Positions 10,968-24,700 of a stretch of 64,000 nucleotides of DNA are shown piece by piece. Origin of the DNA: Selaginella moellendorffii (lineage: Eukaryota > Plantae > Lycopodiophyta); assembly GCF_000143415.4 (NCBI RefSeq), contig NW_003314269.1, positions 3,315,908 to 3,379,907 of the forward strand, in the 5' to 3' direction. Both the position numbers and the translations under genes were made by a program. Every line of letters begins with the position of its first letter. Positions within the stretch are counted from its first letter, which is position 1. Below the pieces are notes generated by a model. That model had not been told where the DNA came from. It searched no databases and was given only the letters and a program-made list of their open reading frames with translations.

Positions 10968-11969
10968 GCTTATAATGGCGTGTGCCCTCATGCCATTTAC
11001 TTGATCACCAAATACCTTTTTCCCTTTGCACTAGTATATCTTAATACCGGTCTGAGAAATAGAATGGCATGTGCCCTCAGGCCTTTTACTAAATCACCTT
11101 TGAAAGAAATGCAAGCCTCTATGTCGTAAAAAAAAGGTACTAGAGAAATTCCTTAATAATATGAATGTTATTTAGTTTCATGAAAATACACTAAGGGTCA
11201 AATGAGTTAAATGACTTCTCCAGACTAGCAATGCCTCTTGCTACACCTTCACAATTAGATTCATTAGAAAAAGATAACATTGAATAATATCTAAATGTTC
11301 TCACCATTAAGTTATATGTCTGGCTAATAGGAATGACGTTCATCTTGGAAAGCTCACCACACGCTCAATGAACAAACAAATAGTGTGTGCGCGCATGCCA
11401 TCGCTCTTCTTTAGCTTCAGATTCGGCTTGTTCACCTTGACAATGAGATTTATTATACAACCAGATGGACTCAGTCTGGACACAAAGTCACTGCGCTAGT
11501 CACCATGCCCCAGATATGTCTAGCACCTGGACAAAAAACATATAATTTCACGTCATTTGAAAATACTTGAAAATTTGTACCTAGTCCCATTTTACTGAAT
11601 AAATCCCGCTTTAACGAAATAGAGCTTTGTATTAAAAAATTTAACTACTTTACCTTTTCTTGCAAGTCTCTTATGCATCTCTATGGGAATAATTTTAGTT
11701 TTGTCACTCATGTCTTCAACTTTCCTCCTTTCAAGTTTGAAATCAGATTTATCAAGATTTTCAATCTTATCTGAGGTGAGTGCAACCCACTAACAATTAG
11801 CCATTCTTTAGGTGCAATATCAAGTTTTATCACTATAGTGTCTTTAAGCCACTTCATATAGTTGGCATTAGTGTTGTAACAATACAATTGGCACCATCTT
11901 GAAAATTTAACTTGCTTTCATTCCCCAAGGAAACATGGGGCTAGAACAAAAGCAGATTTGTCATTATGG

Positions 11970-14900
11970 TATGAGACATAAATCTTTAAGCCCCAAAGTG
12001 GAGCCAAAAAGGTGCCACTTAATAGTGGCCGAAGCAAAAGCCAAACGAGTGTAACACGTTTGGACTAAAAAGTTTTGACTTGAATAATCAAAAGTGGGAG
12101 TGAAACTCCCAATGAAGTGTTTGGGGAATGAGCATGAAGCAAGTAGTAAGTGAGTCTCTAGAAAAGGGACCCTAGAAGGAGTCCGAGATGGACCCGAAAC
12201 AGAGTCCGAAATAGGACCCAAGCTAAAGTCTGAGATGGAGTCTGAGATGGACCCAAGAAGGAGTCTAAGGTGGAATTCAAGATGGACCTAAGAAGGAGTC
12301 TGAAAAGGACTCTAAGATGGACCCGAGATGGAGTCCAAAATGGGACATGAGATGGACTTAAGATAGTGTTTGAGATGGAGTCCGAGATGGACCTGAGATG
12401 GAGTCCGAGATGGACCTGAGATGGAGTCCAAGATAGAGTCTAAGATGGACCCAAGGAGTCTTAGAGGGAGTTCGAGGTGGAGTTTGAGATGGACCCAAGA
12501 TGGAGTCCGAGCTAGAGTTTGAGATGGACCCAAGAAGGAGTCCGAAGTGGAGTCTAAGATGGACTTGAGATGGAGTCTGAGATGGACCCGAGAAGAAGTC
12601 TGAGGTGGTGTCTAAGATGGATCCGAGAAGGAGTCTAAGAAAGAGTCCAAAATGGACTCAAGATGGAGTCCAAAATGGGACCTGAGATGGACCTGAAATA
12701 GAGTCTGAGATGGAGTCCAAGATGGACTTGAGATGGAGTTTGAGATGGACCCGAGAAGGAGTTTGAGAGGGAGTCCAAGCTGGAGTCTGAGATAGATTTG
12801 AGATGGAGTCCAAGGTGGAGTATGAGATGGACCGAAGAAGGAGTCTAAGGTGGAGTCTGAAATGGACCTGAGATGAAGTCTGAGATGGAGTCCAAGATGG
12901 ACTTGAGATGGAGTTTGAGATGGAGTCCAAGATGGAACCAAGACCGAAACCGAGATCGAGACCGAGACTGAGACCAAGTCCAAGTCTGAGTTCGAGTTTG
13001 AATCCGAGTTTGAGTCTAAGTTCAAGTTCAAGTCCAAATACTAATATAAACTGTTGAGTGAAAGCCCAAAATGATCATGGGGGGCCTATAAAGGGTTCCA
13101 AAAGTATAGTAGAGAAAATATGGAAGTTAAACCCTAATGGAGCTAGTTTAGCTAAGAAAGGATAGTATGACCCAAGAAGGCTATGCCCACGTGTTCGGTG
13201 ATGATATATCCATTGAGGAGTCCAAGGCTAGAGTGAACATGGATTGACAAGTTTAGTAATTTGGTGAAGTGTTCAAAAGTTAACTTTAGTTCCCTTAGAA
13301 AATTAAATGGTCAATGCTCCCAATCTAAGCATGGGTGGCACTACCTACTTGAATATTTGATGTGGCTCAACTGAACCTTGTTCTAGCCTCATGGCTAGAG
13401 CACCCAAAGGCAAAAGGTGGGGAGAGTACCCATGAGGTTTGTGTAGGGCCACAATGTTCCGAAATGTTGTCTCAAAATCCTAGATTGTGAAAAGAAAGAA
13501 GAGCATTCCTTTAGGGTAGTGACCAAAGATACGGTCATATGGTGAAGAAGTCCCACAAAACAATGGGATTTAGTGGTTAGGCCTATGAGCCTTGACTTAG
13601 TGGCAATGTTGGCAAACACAGCCATGGACAGAAAGGGACTTGGTAGGGATTGAAAAAGGAATATTGAAGAAAGTATTCCCTATGTTTGTGGGCATCCTAA
13701 GGATGCTAAGGAGTGGATCTGGGATGACTATTTATGGATGAATGGTCTAATCTTTAAGAGATGGGACTATGATGCAGGTGGTGTTGGACCACTAGTGTGG
13801 CAAAGGTGAATGGGCATGGCCTTAGTATAACAGGTGGATATATCGGCAGTACCTTTGAGTGTCAGTCATGGGATCAAACACATAGAACATTTAGACTAAG
13901 TGCAAAGGTTGAGTGGCATGGATGCCATTCTTGGGGCTAACAAGCCCTAAGTCTAGAATAAGACTTAATGAGGTTATGAGTGAGATTCCTCCAAATGCTC
14001 AGAAGGGTGGTTAAATGACTAAAGTAGAATGAAAAATTTAATTGCTTATAATTTGGTATCGGAATTGTTCCTTAATTTGACTTTTATTAATGGCCAAATA
14101 TATCACCATTTATATTGGAATTGGAAGGTACTAAGATTGGACCTATCCTTGAGGAGTAGCATGTCGGGAGGACATGCCTCTCTATTTTAGTTTATGCGTG
14201 AACTTGTGCACAATGTGGTGGATAGAAAGGGGCCAATTTAGGAATGACTTTGGGATTTTAAGAATAGTATAAGGTTTTCCTTAGAAAATTGAAGATGTGA
14301 TCTAGATAAGCATTTGACTTAGCAAACTGGTTAATGTAGTTGTGGTAAGCAAATATAGTTAGGATCATGGAAAAGATAAAGACTTCAAAATAATAAAGGA
14401 GTCACAAGATTTTTCTTATATAGTTGAGGCTGGTGCTCATGAATTTGAGACTAGAATTAATAATCATGGGAGGTCAAATACAGATGAGGACACGAGTTTT
14501 TGAAATGGTACCTGGGGCTATTTTTTATAAATGCTAGAACAAACACAAGGAGTTGGGGGTGTACTTAAAGGATGGGTTGGTATTCTCATCTTATAAGCAA
14601 ATAGTCTTAAGGGGCAAAGGTAGCCTATAGGGAACAGAAAATAATCAAATGTTGGAATAACACTTGCTACAAATGGTCTTTGTGAGTAGGACATGAATAC
14701 AAGAAGATGTATTATAGTGAACTAGCACCTCAAAAGTAAGACCTTATAGGTTATCAGATTAATAAAGTACAAAAAGCTGGATGACTTAAGGAATGGTCCT
14801 AAGGGATTGGTAGCAGCATTTGGATTGAGGTGTGTTGTACCCTATAAAGGATAGAGAGGATTATAAGATCCAAGTATGAGAATAGTGAGTATCTCATTAA

Positions 14901-15050
14901 TAATAGAAGGTGCCATACTAAAGTTGTGGGAAAGATGTTCCCAGAAGAAATCAACTTTGGCACAGAGTTATGAAACACTATAGTGTAGTGCTAATTGAGT
15001 GTGTGGACCACTGTTGATCTCACGAGTTGAAGAGTTGAGCTCAATTTTCA
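11970..15050 (+). mobile_element. Decayed Ty3/gypsy element: 5' LTR (11970-14050), tRNA-Met PBS and gag remnant
   Basis: Homologous to the solo LTR at 37958-39753. Ends TaTGAGAC...CTTAtA. PBS TGGTATC at 14054, followed by a stop-riddled gag-like sequence. Confidence 0.75.
12170..13036 (+). repeat. GAGTCC/GAGATG/GACCC hexamer-based minisatellite within the LTR
   Basis: Degenerate array of 6/12/24-bp units; CpGs mostly converted to TpG/CpA compared with the 38196 copy. Confidence 0.9.
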
Positions 15051-15154
15051 ATTATAATTTAAAACAAACATTATAGAATTTAAATATTAAGGTTATAGAG
15101 AATCTAATAATTTCACAACTCTCTATATATTACCTAGATAAAAAGCCAACCCAC

Positions 15155-15605
15155 TATCTATAGTAGGGATAGTGGGTAGGTCGGGTATGGCCAATCAACC
15201 TGAGGTATAATCTAGCCTTTATTTACATGCCTATTTTTGTTTTGTGTCCGATTTAGGTTTAATCCCAAGTTCCATACCATGCTAGTTGGTGGAGTACCCA
15301 TATTTGCACATTAGGCCACTGGTATGCTAAAATAGCGCTAAATTTCATTTGGCTTTGTTTTGCATGTTAATTTTGGCATTAGGATGTTAGATATTCTAGG
15401 ACTGTTCTAAGTCATTCTGTGTTTTTGTCCCTTCACTCTTTAGGCTGTATGCTTGGGAGTTGTTCCGTGCTTCAGTGCTTTTGCTCCTTAGCTCCATGCT
15501 TAAGAATTTAGCTCCGTTCCTTTGTTCAATGGCCCAAGGCTTTGAAACTTAAGTTCTACATTGCTATCCTTTGGACACATGGCATGTGACACGTGGCACA
15601 TAGTG
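15155..15605 (+). mobile_element. Partial LTR fragment (same family as 20090-21214 and 42884-44003)
   Basis: tatagtagggatagtgggtaggtcggg...catgtgacacgtggca matches the 3' half of those LTRs. Confidence 0.7.
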
Positions 15606-15889
15606 GATCCTTCCTAAGCATGATTGTAAGTGGATCAATTAAGACTATAGGGATTAATCTATTGATTCAATTAATCATTGCTATGCTCTCTCATAAACTT
15701 TTCTTGAATTGAACTGAAGGTAGTGTGAAAGCAAGCTTCAGGTTTGGTCAAAATATGAGACTGAGAAAAGAGTTGTCGGGGACGAAGGATCAAACATGTA
15801 AATTATTTTCTCTTCTTGGAGAGATGATTTGCAATGAGGTGTTCACTCATTGCTCATATTCACAATATGCAATAAAAAATCCCTACCTT

Positions 15890-18800
15890 GATGCATAATG
15901 GAAACAATGATTTTGCAAGTGGTGAATTGTGGGATGGATAATAGCGAAGCGTTAAACTATTTTGTCTAAGCTTGCTATTGGAAGGTTTAGGTTATAATAC
16001 TCAATTCTTTTTTAGGGAACATTATTATTGCTTGTTAAGCTTGGTGTTGGATTAATTTGAGGTTGGTCAGAAAGAGAGTGGCATAAGCTTGTCCATATTG
16101 TGAAAAAAGTTAGTGGTGTTAAGTGTTATAAATCTTTATCAATGGGGTGTGGCATTTATATTGCATTTTGTCAAATTGAGTTGACACTTAATACTCATAT
16201 AAACCTTTAAAGTAATAACATGGGCATTGCTCATAGTGTTGCTCAATTAATGATCAAATTATTGTGATTCTTATATCATATTTATATGATAGTGAGTAAT
16301 GTGTTTACGAAGTTGCTTAGTTAGATGATGATTGACCCCAAAGTGATTGATGGAGAAGTTAGTCTACTTGCAAGTAGTAGCATTGTAATAACTTTGACTA
16401 AATTTTTAATGGTGGTCCATTATACTAAGCTTAAGTTAGTACCTTGTTTCCTTGAGGGTTTGCCTATAAAATGTTGGTAATGGTTATAGCATTCACGTGC
16501 TATGGCTTGTTGATTTATTTGTTAACACTTGGAGTAGATTGTCAGATGGAGAAAATGTGTAATTGAGGCATTGACATCACTAACACTTGTGTTAGTGGAA
16601 GTGGCTTTAGTATTTTAAGTGATGAGGAATTTTCTCCAGAGTTTGATTTTCCATGTCATTTTTCTTGTTAGTGTTTTAGCTTCACATTGAATTTTGAAAG
16701 TGGTTGAAAAAGAAGGTTAATGCAATGTAGATATCCAAAGATATACTCTTTGTGATTAAGCCTTGAATGTTCATTTTGCATTTTGCAAATGTCAATGTTA
16801 GATGTTAGAAATATGGGCATAATGCTCAATGCTTATACATACTGTTGGGTCATAAAAATTTGTGTTAAGGTGAACATATATAAAGTTGTAAATAGAAGGA
16901 AGTTAGTTGAGTCTTGAAAGTTTGTATTCCTAAACTCAGAATCATCCTTTTTTTAGGATGGAAATCTTCTATAAATTTTCTTAGACTTTTCTAATGGCTA
17001 ATATATTGACCATTTTGCTTGAAAACTATTTTATTTTCATAAGCTAGTACAAATTAGTGAAGGGGTTAGAGTTGACTTTAGTTGGCTTAAACCTTAGTAA
17101 GTAGTTTATATGATATGGCTTAAAAGGGATGTTGACTTTTAGGGATAAGGCAATTGAGTTGGATAAAGTTTGAAGTTGGTGTAAAAAAATGGCTATTGCA
17201 CTTTTTTAAGAAAGGTGACTTTTGTGCCTTTCTTTTGTAACATTATGTTTGATGGTAAGTTGCACTTTGCATTTCATTATACTCTATGAGAGTAGTGAGC
17301 TCTTATTGATATTAATCTGGTCTTAGTGGCCCTATGCCTTGTTTAAGGATAGTGATATCTATTTAGTTGTTTGAGGTTGAGATGTTGGTACCTGTATTAT
17401 AATTTATCTATCAGGAGGTTGTGTACCATATGAGTCCATCTCATGATCTTCACTTTAGTTTCGACTAATGTTGATCATGCATAATTAACCTCTTCAAGGC
17501 ATGCTCAGAGCTATTGGCTAGATGTGTTGGTAAGTTTATTGCAGTTGAATTGGATTCTAGTAGTCATTTAATTTGTGCATGTTCATGTTTTTATATCTCA
17601 TACCTGAGGTATTACATTTATGTTAGACAAGTATATGACTCAATAGCATGAGTTTAATGTTTGGGTCTTGTGAAGGCAAATTGAAAAGTGATTGTTGGTT
17701 GTTTTGCAACTAGTAATTGCTTGTAGACTTCATTAAAGACTATTAACACTTACTTCACTCGATGAAGATTTATCAGTGATGGGCTTCCTTTACCAGATGG
17801 TGTTATATAGGATAATGTTGTTCAAACTTACATGAGTTTTCTATGTTAGCATGTCGATTCTACCTTTGTCAATATCATTTGGTTACATTTAATCCATAGT
17901 GTTGGATTTCATTGGGTCTTAAATGTGGTGAATCACTCCTTGATGATATGTTATTTGTAGTTGAGTATTGTGAAGAATTACTCTCGGATACTGAGTAAAG
18001 TATCTTTGACTTTGGTTAGCTTGGTTTTTAATATTGGTAATTTTAACTTTTGCAATCTTTTTTCATAAACTCATAATTCAAAGGTTAAAAGTTGCAATAG
18101 TTGTCTAATTGCACAATATAACTAAACTATATAAGAGAAAGAAAGGATAGTGAAGATAATGATCATGAGTCGGAGATAAATGCAATGACAAAAAATGTAA
18201 CAAATTGAGTGAAAAAGAATGCTCTTCTACTTATTTTAGAAAATTACAACTCTATGACTTTCAAAAAATGCCCTATATATTTTTAGCTTCCAGTGGAAAT
18301 AATGGTAATGATTAGTATAATGGTATATATGCTCTTGCAACACACTATAATATCACACACCCGAAAGATTACTATAAAATATTTTTTGAGATGGTAAAGA
18401 CAATAATGAAAATACATGAGTATTATAAGTAGCATTGCAAAAATAACACTTGCAAGTATATGAAATGAAAAGAAAAATGAAAAAAAAATAAATTTATTAA
18501 TTATATAAAGTATAATAAGTTATTATTGATAGAGAATAAACATTGATAGTCTTAGAAAATCTAGTTAACTCCAAAAGTCTTCTGCAACTCAATAATAGTA
18601 AAGATTTTTTGGTGTATATGAATATCCATTTTAGAATCCTAGTGCAAGATGTTGACAAAGATGTAATACATATACTTGCAAAAAGCATATGCCTTCCCAT
18701 GTTCCTTGCACTTCATAAAGTCTTAACATGTGCAAGAAGGATGGTCTTAAATGACAATTGTATACTCTCCACTTTCTATTTTGATTATATATTCCTTTAC

Positions 18801-21214
18801 AAACACAATGATATACTTCATGAAGAGAATCTCATAGTCAAGCATTTGAGCCAAAGTTATTTTACTATGCTTGGAGATGTAGTAATAAATTTAACTACCT
18901 TACCTTTTCTTGTAAGTCTTCTATGCATCTTTGTGGGAATAGTGCTAATTTTGTCAATTATATCTCTAACTTAGTGATATTTTATGATAGTTAATTGTTG
19001 TCTTTGATAGTTTATTGCATACCGCAAGATACATATTGCAACTTATTCTTCTCTAGCAAAATGGTCTGCAGGCTCCTATTGGTCAAAAGCAAAAGACTTC
19101 ACTCTAGGTCCCAGTCTAAATATCTAATAGTTGAAGTAAGATTTGATTAGTTCATTGCATTGACCAAGATCTATTCAAATGGCTCGTGTGATAGTTGGCA
19201 TGGACGAGTATTTGTTAGTCTTGTAACCTTCATTATATATTTATTAATTGTTGTTATAGTTGGTTCTAATAGATTGGATATTATTTCCTTTAGGTACTAT
19301 ATTTGCAAGCATTTTTCTTGCTAGTTGATGATAATTTGAGTTCTTTGAGTTAACTTATGTAAGTTGTTTAATATATTATCTGCAATCTTTGGTATTTATG
19401 CTTTATTATTGATTTTTTTTATAATACACTCACTATTGAATTTTGTTGATTGGTTAATCCTATGACTTTAACTTTTAATGATCTTGGTGGTTTCTATAAT
19501 ACTAGTTTATTGGATGATAACTTACTTGGAATACTTTTGTGTTATAATCTAAAATTTATTCATTGATACTTAGATCTCTAAGATATCATTATCTATGACT
19601 TTGATATTGTTCATTTGTTGATTTTTGGGTTTAGGCTAGTATAATTAGATTGGCTTTGACACTTCATATATATAGTGAAGTCTTTAGTCATGGGGTAGTT
19701 ATTGTCAACTGGTCATATCACCCACCTCTCTCTCGATATTCCTTATTCTATTAAAAAGAACATAACTGTGTAAACAACTCTAACTATCTATTTATAGTAG
19801 TCTCTCTAAACTTTACCGACAAGTTTGGTTTGTTTACTTAAAAAGGTTGTAGCTTTTAGATTCTCTCTCTATATCACCTGCAGGTAGGGGCATATCATCT
19901 TTTCTAAGCTAGGTGACACCCAGAGCAACAAAGGTGGTTGACTCTGTTGGTCATTTCCTTATTAATGATGGGTGAAAGGTGTTTAAGTTGTAGAACACCG
20001 TGAACTTTTTCTGCAGTTATTTCTTTATCGGTGGTCTAGATTAGAGTATGCATTGACAAGGATGTCGATCTTCTCTAAAGAGGGGAAAATGTCACGAATG
20101 TGACTATGGGTATCAAAATTTATTTATCGGCTAGTCCTTTTGGATGTTCTTTCCTTACTGCTATTATGGCAGAAGGTCAATATTACTAGATTCTTTATCA
20201 GTTTCCACCTAAGTTAGTTGAGAAATTAATCATCATATGTACTTATGCCAGATAAACATAAGGTAGAAACTCTTATGTGTTTCTTGCTAAGCATACTCAA
20301 CATGATATAAAAAACTTATATGTTTAGCTTGCATTTGTTAATATTAAGAACCCCCATAATATTGAGCTTGGTCCCTCAATATTTGCCAAATGATAGCTTA
20401 CTATGTTTATTAAACACCTTGCTATCATGCCCTATGTGTTGGCCATGTTCGGTCCTAATTGTTATTTATGGAAAGTCTCTATATTTGCTAATTTAGCATA
20501 TCTATGAAATGTAGAGATTATCTTGAACACAATGGTGTTGGTCCTATGTCTAAATTCATAATCTAGTGCAATTCCATATTTAGTAAGTTTCAAGCTTGTC
20601 CCAAAGACTAACTTCTGATACTAACAATAAAAGCCCAAGCATGCATTCTTTAAGGGGGGGCTTATAAGGGGTTCCAAATATATAATAGGGATAGTGGTAG
20701 GTTGGGCATGGCTAACTAACTTGAGGCATAGTCTAACTTTCATTTATATGCCAATCTTTATTTTGCATTCAATTTAGGTTTAAGCTCAAGTTCCATACCA
20801 TACTAATTGGTGGAATACCCATATCCTTGCATTAAACCACCAATATGCTAAAATAGTACCAAACTCTAATTGGCTTTGTTTTGCGTGCTAGTCCTAATAT
20901 TGGGATATTAGATGTTCTAGGACTGTTCCAATGTCACTTTGTGCTCTTGTCCCTTCGCTCCTTTGGTTGTACATTCAACAATTGCTCCATGCTTCAATTC
21001 CTTCACTACTTGATTGTAAACTTGGGAGTTTGGCTCTGTTCCTTCATTTAGTGGCCCAAGACCTTGAAATTTGGGTTTTGCTCTGTTGTCCTTGAACATG
21101 TGGCATGTGGCAAGTGGCATATGACATATGGAATATAGAGGGTTTAGTTTCCACTTCATAGTTATCCTATAATAAATCACTATAGAGTAAAAGGTGAAAA
21201 TTACATGCACTACA
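15890..21214 (+). mobile_element. Decayed LTR retrotransposon 3' internal region plus 3' LTR (20090-21214)
   Basis: PPT aaagaggggaaaa, then TGTCACGAATGTGAC...CACTACA. The internal region is homologous to 44680-46493 and 53363-55350 and is interrupted by an AT-rich insert at ~18030-18970. Confidence 0.65.
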
Positions 21215-21789
21215 CCAAACAAATTAAATATTATACATATTTTTAGTACTTCATTAAAGCTAAAAACCATGACATTCTTCTAAACTCATTTCAATATATT
21301 CCATTTGTGTAGTACCATCTACACCTATAGTAAATTATCTATCATATTGCTTTGGAAATAAGGATAAGAATATTACAAATATGTATAATAAGTAAAATAA
21401 TTATATAAATTTATGATTTTAAGAATCTTATATTTTATGACAAGATTCTACGAAGTGCAAGAAAACACATAATTCTCATTTATAATTTTGTACTGCAATC
21501 AATTCCACACATGTGGCTATCATATTATTTCCATATTATGGCACAATCATATTATAGCAAACCTCCATTATTAGGTCTATTATTAGATTATAACTCAAAA
21601 GGAGTTTATCACGTAATCAAATCTAGGACAAAGTGGAAATTATAAATTGCTAATAAATAATTGTAGAAAGAAATAAACATATGAGATTTACTCCATCCAT
21701 AATGAATGGCTATGATGAAGGCCAACCACTAGTATTAGGATTTTTACAAAAAGTAGAGGGGAGATTTGGAGTGACTCTATGGGATCTAT

Positions 21790-24700
21790 TGTTAGGGCGT
21801 GGCCACCGAGAGAGTGAGACAGAGAGAGGGAATATTCTGGTCCTCAGAATATTCTTCATCTTCCTTATATAAAACCCTTGGCTCACAAGGGCAAGTGGAA
21901 GCATTTTGCGAAGAGCACTGAAGCATTTCTCGTGTTTTAGCAAGCATTGGGGGAGGTGCCCCTCCTTCCCCCAACAAATGGTGAACCCGGCGTGTGCGCA
22001 ACACTTTTTGAAGCGTCATTTCTCTTTTTTTCTTTTGGCTGTAAACTTTGGGAAGGAATTCCTTGTTCATCTTGCGGTGGTTTTGTTTGATCTTGGGTGT
22101 GTTGGAAAGGTCTAGAGCTCCTCTTTCCAGCAAGGTATGGTGCTCATCAAGTCATGTAATATTTGAGGAAATACAATGTTTCTTGGCTCGGTCGGATGAA
22201 CATTTTGGGGTTTTCACTTTTTGGCCTGGATCCTCGGCCCAATTTTTCAAGGTAGTGCATTTGGGCTTGTAGATCTGGCCTAGATCCATGAATAGTGGTG
22301 ATTCTTAGCACTATATTTAGGCGAATTGATGGCATGTAAAAGGATTTTCTTCTCTGGCTAGATTGGGTCATCTTTGTAATAGAAATTCGTGCTCCTCCGG
22401 GCTTTGTTTTGGATGCTGTTTATTTCTAGAGGTGCTCCTGGTCCTAGGCTTTCTAGAAATACCAACGGTGCCTCAGTATAAATCTACATCACAAACATAC
22501 ACATGTTTTTCCACAATATTGGTGTTTTAGGGTACCTCTTTTTGGATTGTGGGGAATATTGAGGTGGCTTCTTCCCAAATTCTTGCAATAGAAGGTAGAT
22601 GGGGCTAAGCTTTTTCCAACGAGCCCACCAACAGTCAAAATAGGGAAGGATCAAGACCAAAGGACTCATTTTTCTCTTTTGGGCTAAACTTTGTTGAGAG
22701 TTCCTTGGGAACGAAGCAATCTTCAAGGGACAGGTTGGCATAGGAATAGGATAAGACAGGAGTTGGCATAGAAATAGGAACAGGATAGGAGTTGGCATAG
22801 GAAGAAGGACAATAGGAGCAGGTGCTGGATAGGAGTTGGTGTTGGAGTTGGTGTAGGGGTAGGAGCGAGAGTAGGGGGTTATTGGTTACAAGTTATAGGT
22901 CCCCGATTACTGGTTTCCGGTTACCAGTTACCTCTAGCGGCTATTCCGGCAGTTACCCTACAAGTAAATGGTTACATGTGCTTGAGGCCTACATCTCCTT
23001 CCATTTCAACCCTTATTTCTCTTCGTCACAGGCATTTTGGGCAACTTTGAGCAACTTGAGCACTAGCCTATAGTCGTCCTGCTCTTGTCAACCCAGTTGC
23101 CTTGACCGGGCATTTGCAGTGTTTAGAGTATTTGATACCGGTACAAACTAGACGTGCGACAAATTGGCACCCTTTTACCATAACTCAAGGCCCTAAGGTA
23201 CGAAGTAAACTTCATAACATCCAAAAGCAGCTTAGGTACGACACTACACCTTCTCGGGCTGAGTCCTCTTCATCCTCGGCAGATTCCAGTGACTTAGATC
23301 TACGAGCTATGGCGCAACCACCTTTAGCCAGACCTCAGCTCCATGTTCTACAGAAGGGGAGTGATTTGCCGACCTTCTCAGGTGTTGGAACAGTCTCTCC
23401 AACATCGCATATTAGTCGCTTTGATTACTACTACACCACAAACATGATTGTCGATGATGATCGTATGTGCTGTGACTTCTTGCAATCTCTTGAAGGCAAA
23501 GCAGCCATTTGGGCAGATTCTCTCCTCCCAGAGGACCAGACAGACTTCTAGACACTACTTGTTTCTTTCAGAGAATGTTTCGTTGAAGAAAAACCCACAA
23601 ATCGGTTACTTGTCAACCTCTTTTCATTCTGGCAGGGTGCAGTCTTCTTGCTCCTGTCAACTTAGTTTCCTTGATCGGGCATTTGTAGTGTTCAGGGTAT
23701 TTGATGCTGGTACAAACTAGATGTGTGACAAATTGACACCCTTTTACCATACCTCAGGGCTCTAAGGTACGAAGTAAGCTTTCTCACATCCAAAGGTAGC
23801 TTAGGTATGACACTACACCTTCTCAAGCTGAGTCCTCTTCATCCTCGGCAGATTCCAATGACTTCAATCTACGAGCTATGGCACAGCCACCTTTAGCTTG
23901 ACCTCAGCTCCATGTTCTACAGAGGGGGAGTGATCTGCCGACCTTCTCAGGAGTTGGAACAATCTCTCCAACATCGCATATCAGTTGCTTTGATTACTAC
24001 TGCACCACAAACATGATCGTTGATGATGATCATATGTGCTGCGACTTCTTGCAATCTCTTGAAGGCAAAGCAGCCATTTGGGCAGATTCTCTCCTCCCAG
24101 AGGACCAGACAAACTTCTAGACACTACTTGTTTCTTTCAGAGAATGTTTCGTTGAAGAAAAACCCACAAATCGGTTACTTGTCAACCTCTTTTCATTCTG
24201 GCAGGGTGCTCATGAATCTGTTCCTGACTACATCACATGGTTTCAGGCATACTGGAAGCAGTGTTGGGATCGCAAAGTGGTCCAAGATGAGCAATAAGGG
24301 ATCATAGCATTCATTGTGGGTTTGCGTGGGAACTTGCAAAGGAAACTTCTCAAGAAGACATTCTGGTCTTGCCGCGAGGCATTTTCATTTGCCACAAGCC
24401 TGGAAAGAGAGCTTTTGGTTGACCTAGGAATTGCTAAAGTTGATTTTGACCAAGCCATCACCCCGTTAGAGTCACCTTGTGCAGCTGTTCGCCTGTCCAC
24501 AACAAAGCCCATTGCTATTGAGTATACACCTCCGGCTATTGAGAACTTTGCCAATGAGATGCGGCAGTTGAAGGAGATCATTCTTCAGCAGCAATCACAC
24601 CATGACAAACTACTCCAGGAGTTGGTGGAGTCCAGGAAAGAGGCCGTTACAGCTCGGGAACGCAGATTTAAGTCTAGTTGGTGCACTCACTGCAAGATGA

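Larger units (their letters stand above)
687..11401. repeat. Dispersed 22-bp palindrome ATGGCRTGWGGCCWCAYGCCAT (at least 27 copies in copy A)
   Basis: Copies, some degenerate, start at 687, 878, 1019, 2518, 3795, 3855, 3932, 4696, 4831, 4990, 5069, 5933, 6005, 6041, 6656, 6754, 6824, 8670, 8727, 10069, 10215, 10375, 10455, 10568, 10975, 11064 and 11380. They are mirrored in copy B and were not noticed in 11.7-55.5 kb. Confidence 0.95.
1..11625 (+). mobile_element. Large Sola1-like DNA transposon, copy A (left end outside window)
   Basis: Contains the transposase (6928-10069,+) and the divergent accessory gene (<1-~3980,-). Similarity to inverted copy B stops sharply at ...AAATCCCGCTTTAACGAAATAGAGC (11625), which defines this terminus. 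The other end, TIR and TSD are not visible. Confidence 0.85.

Noticed and set aside
687-11401. Palindromic repeats as a CRISPR array or REP-like elements
   Set aside because: Spacing is irregular (36 bp to ~1.8 kb), there are no cas genes, and the context is eukaryotic with introns.
18543-18974. 143-aa ORF
   Set aside because: AT-rich with no motif, and part of it recurs in decayed form at ~11636-11715, so it is a repeat fragment.
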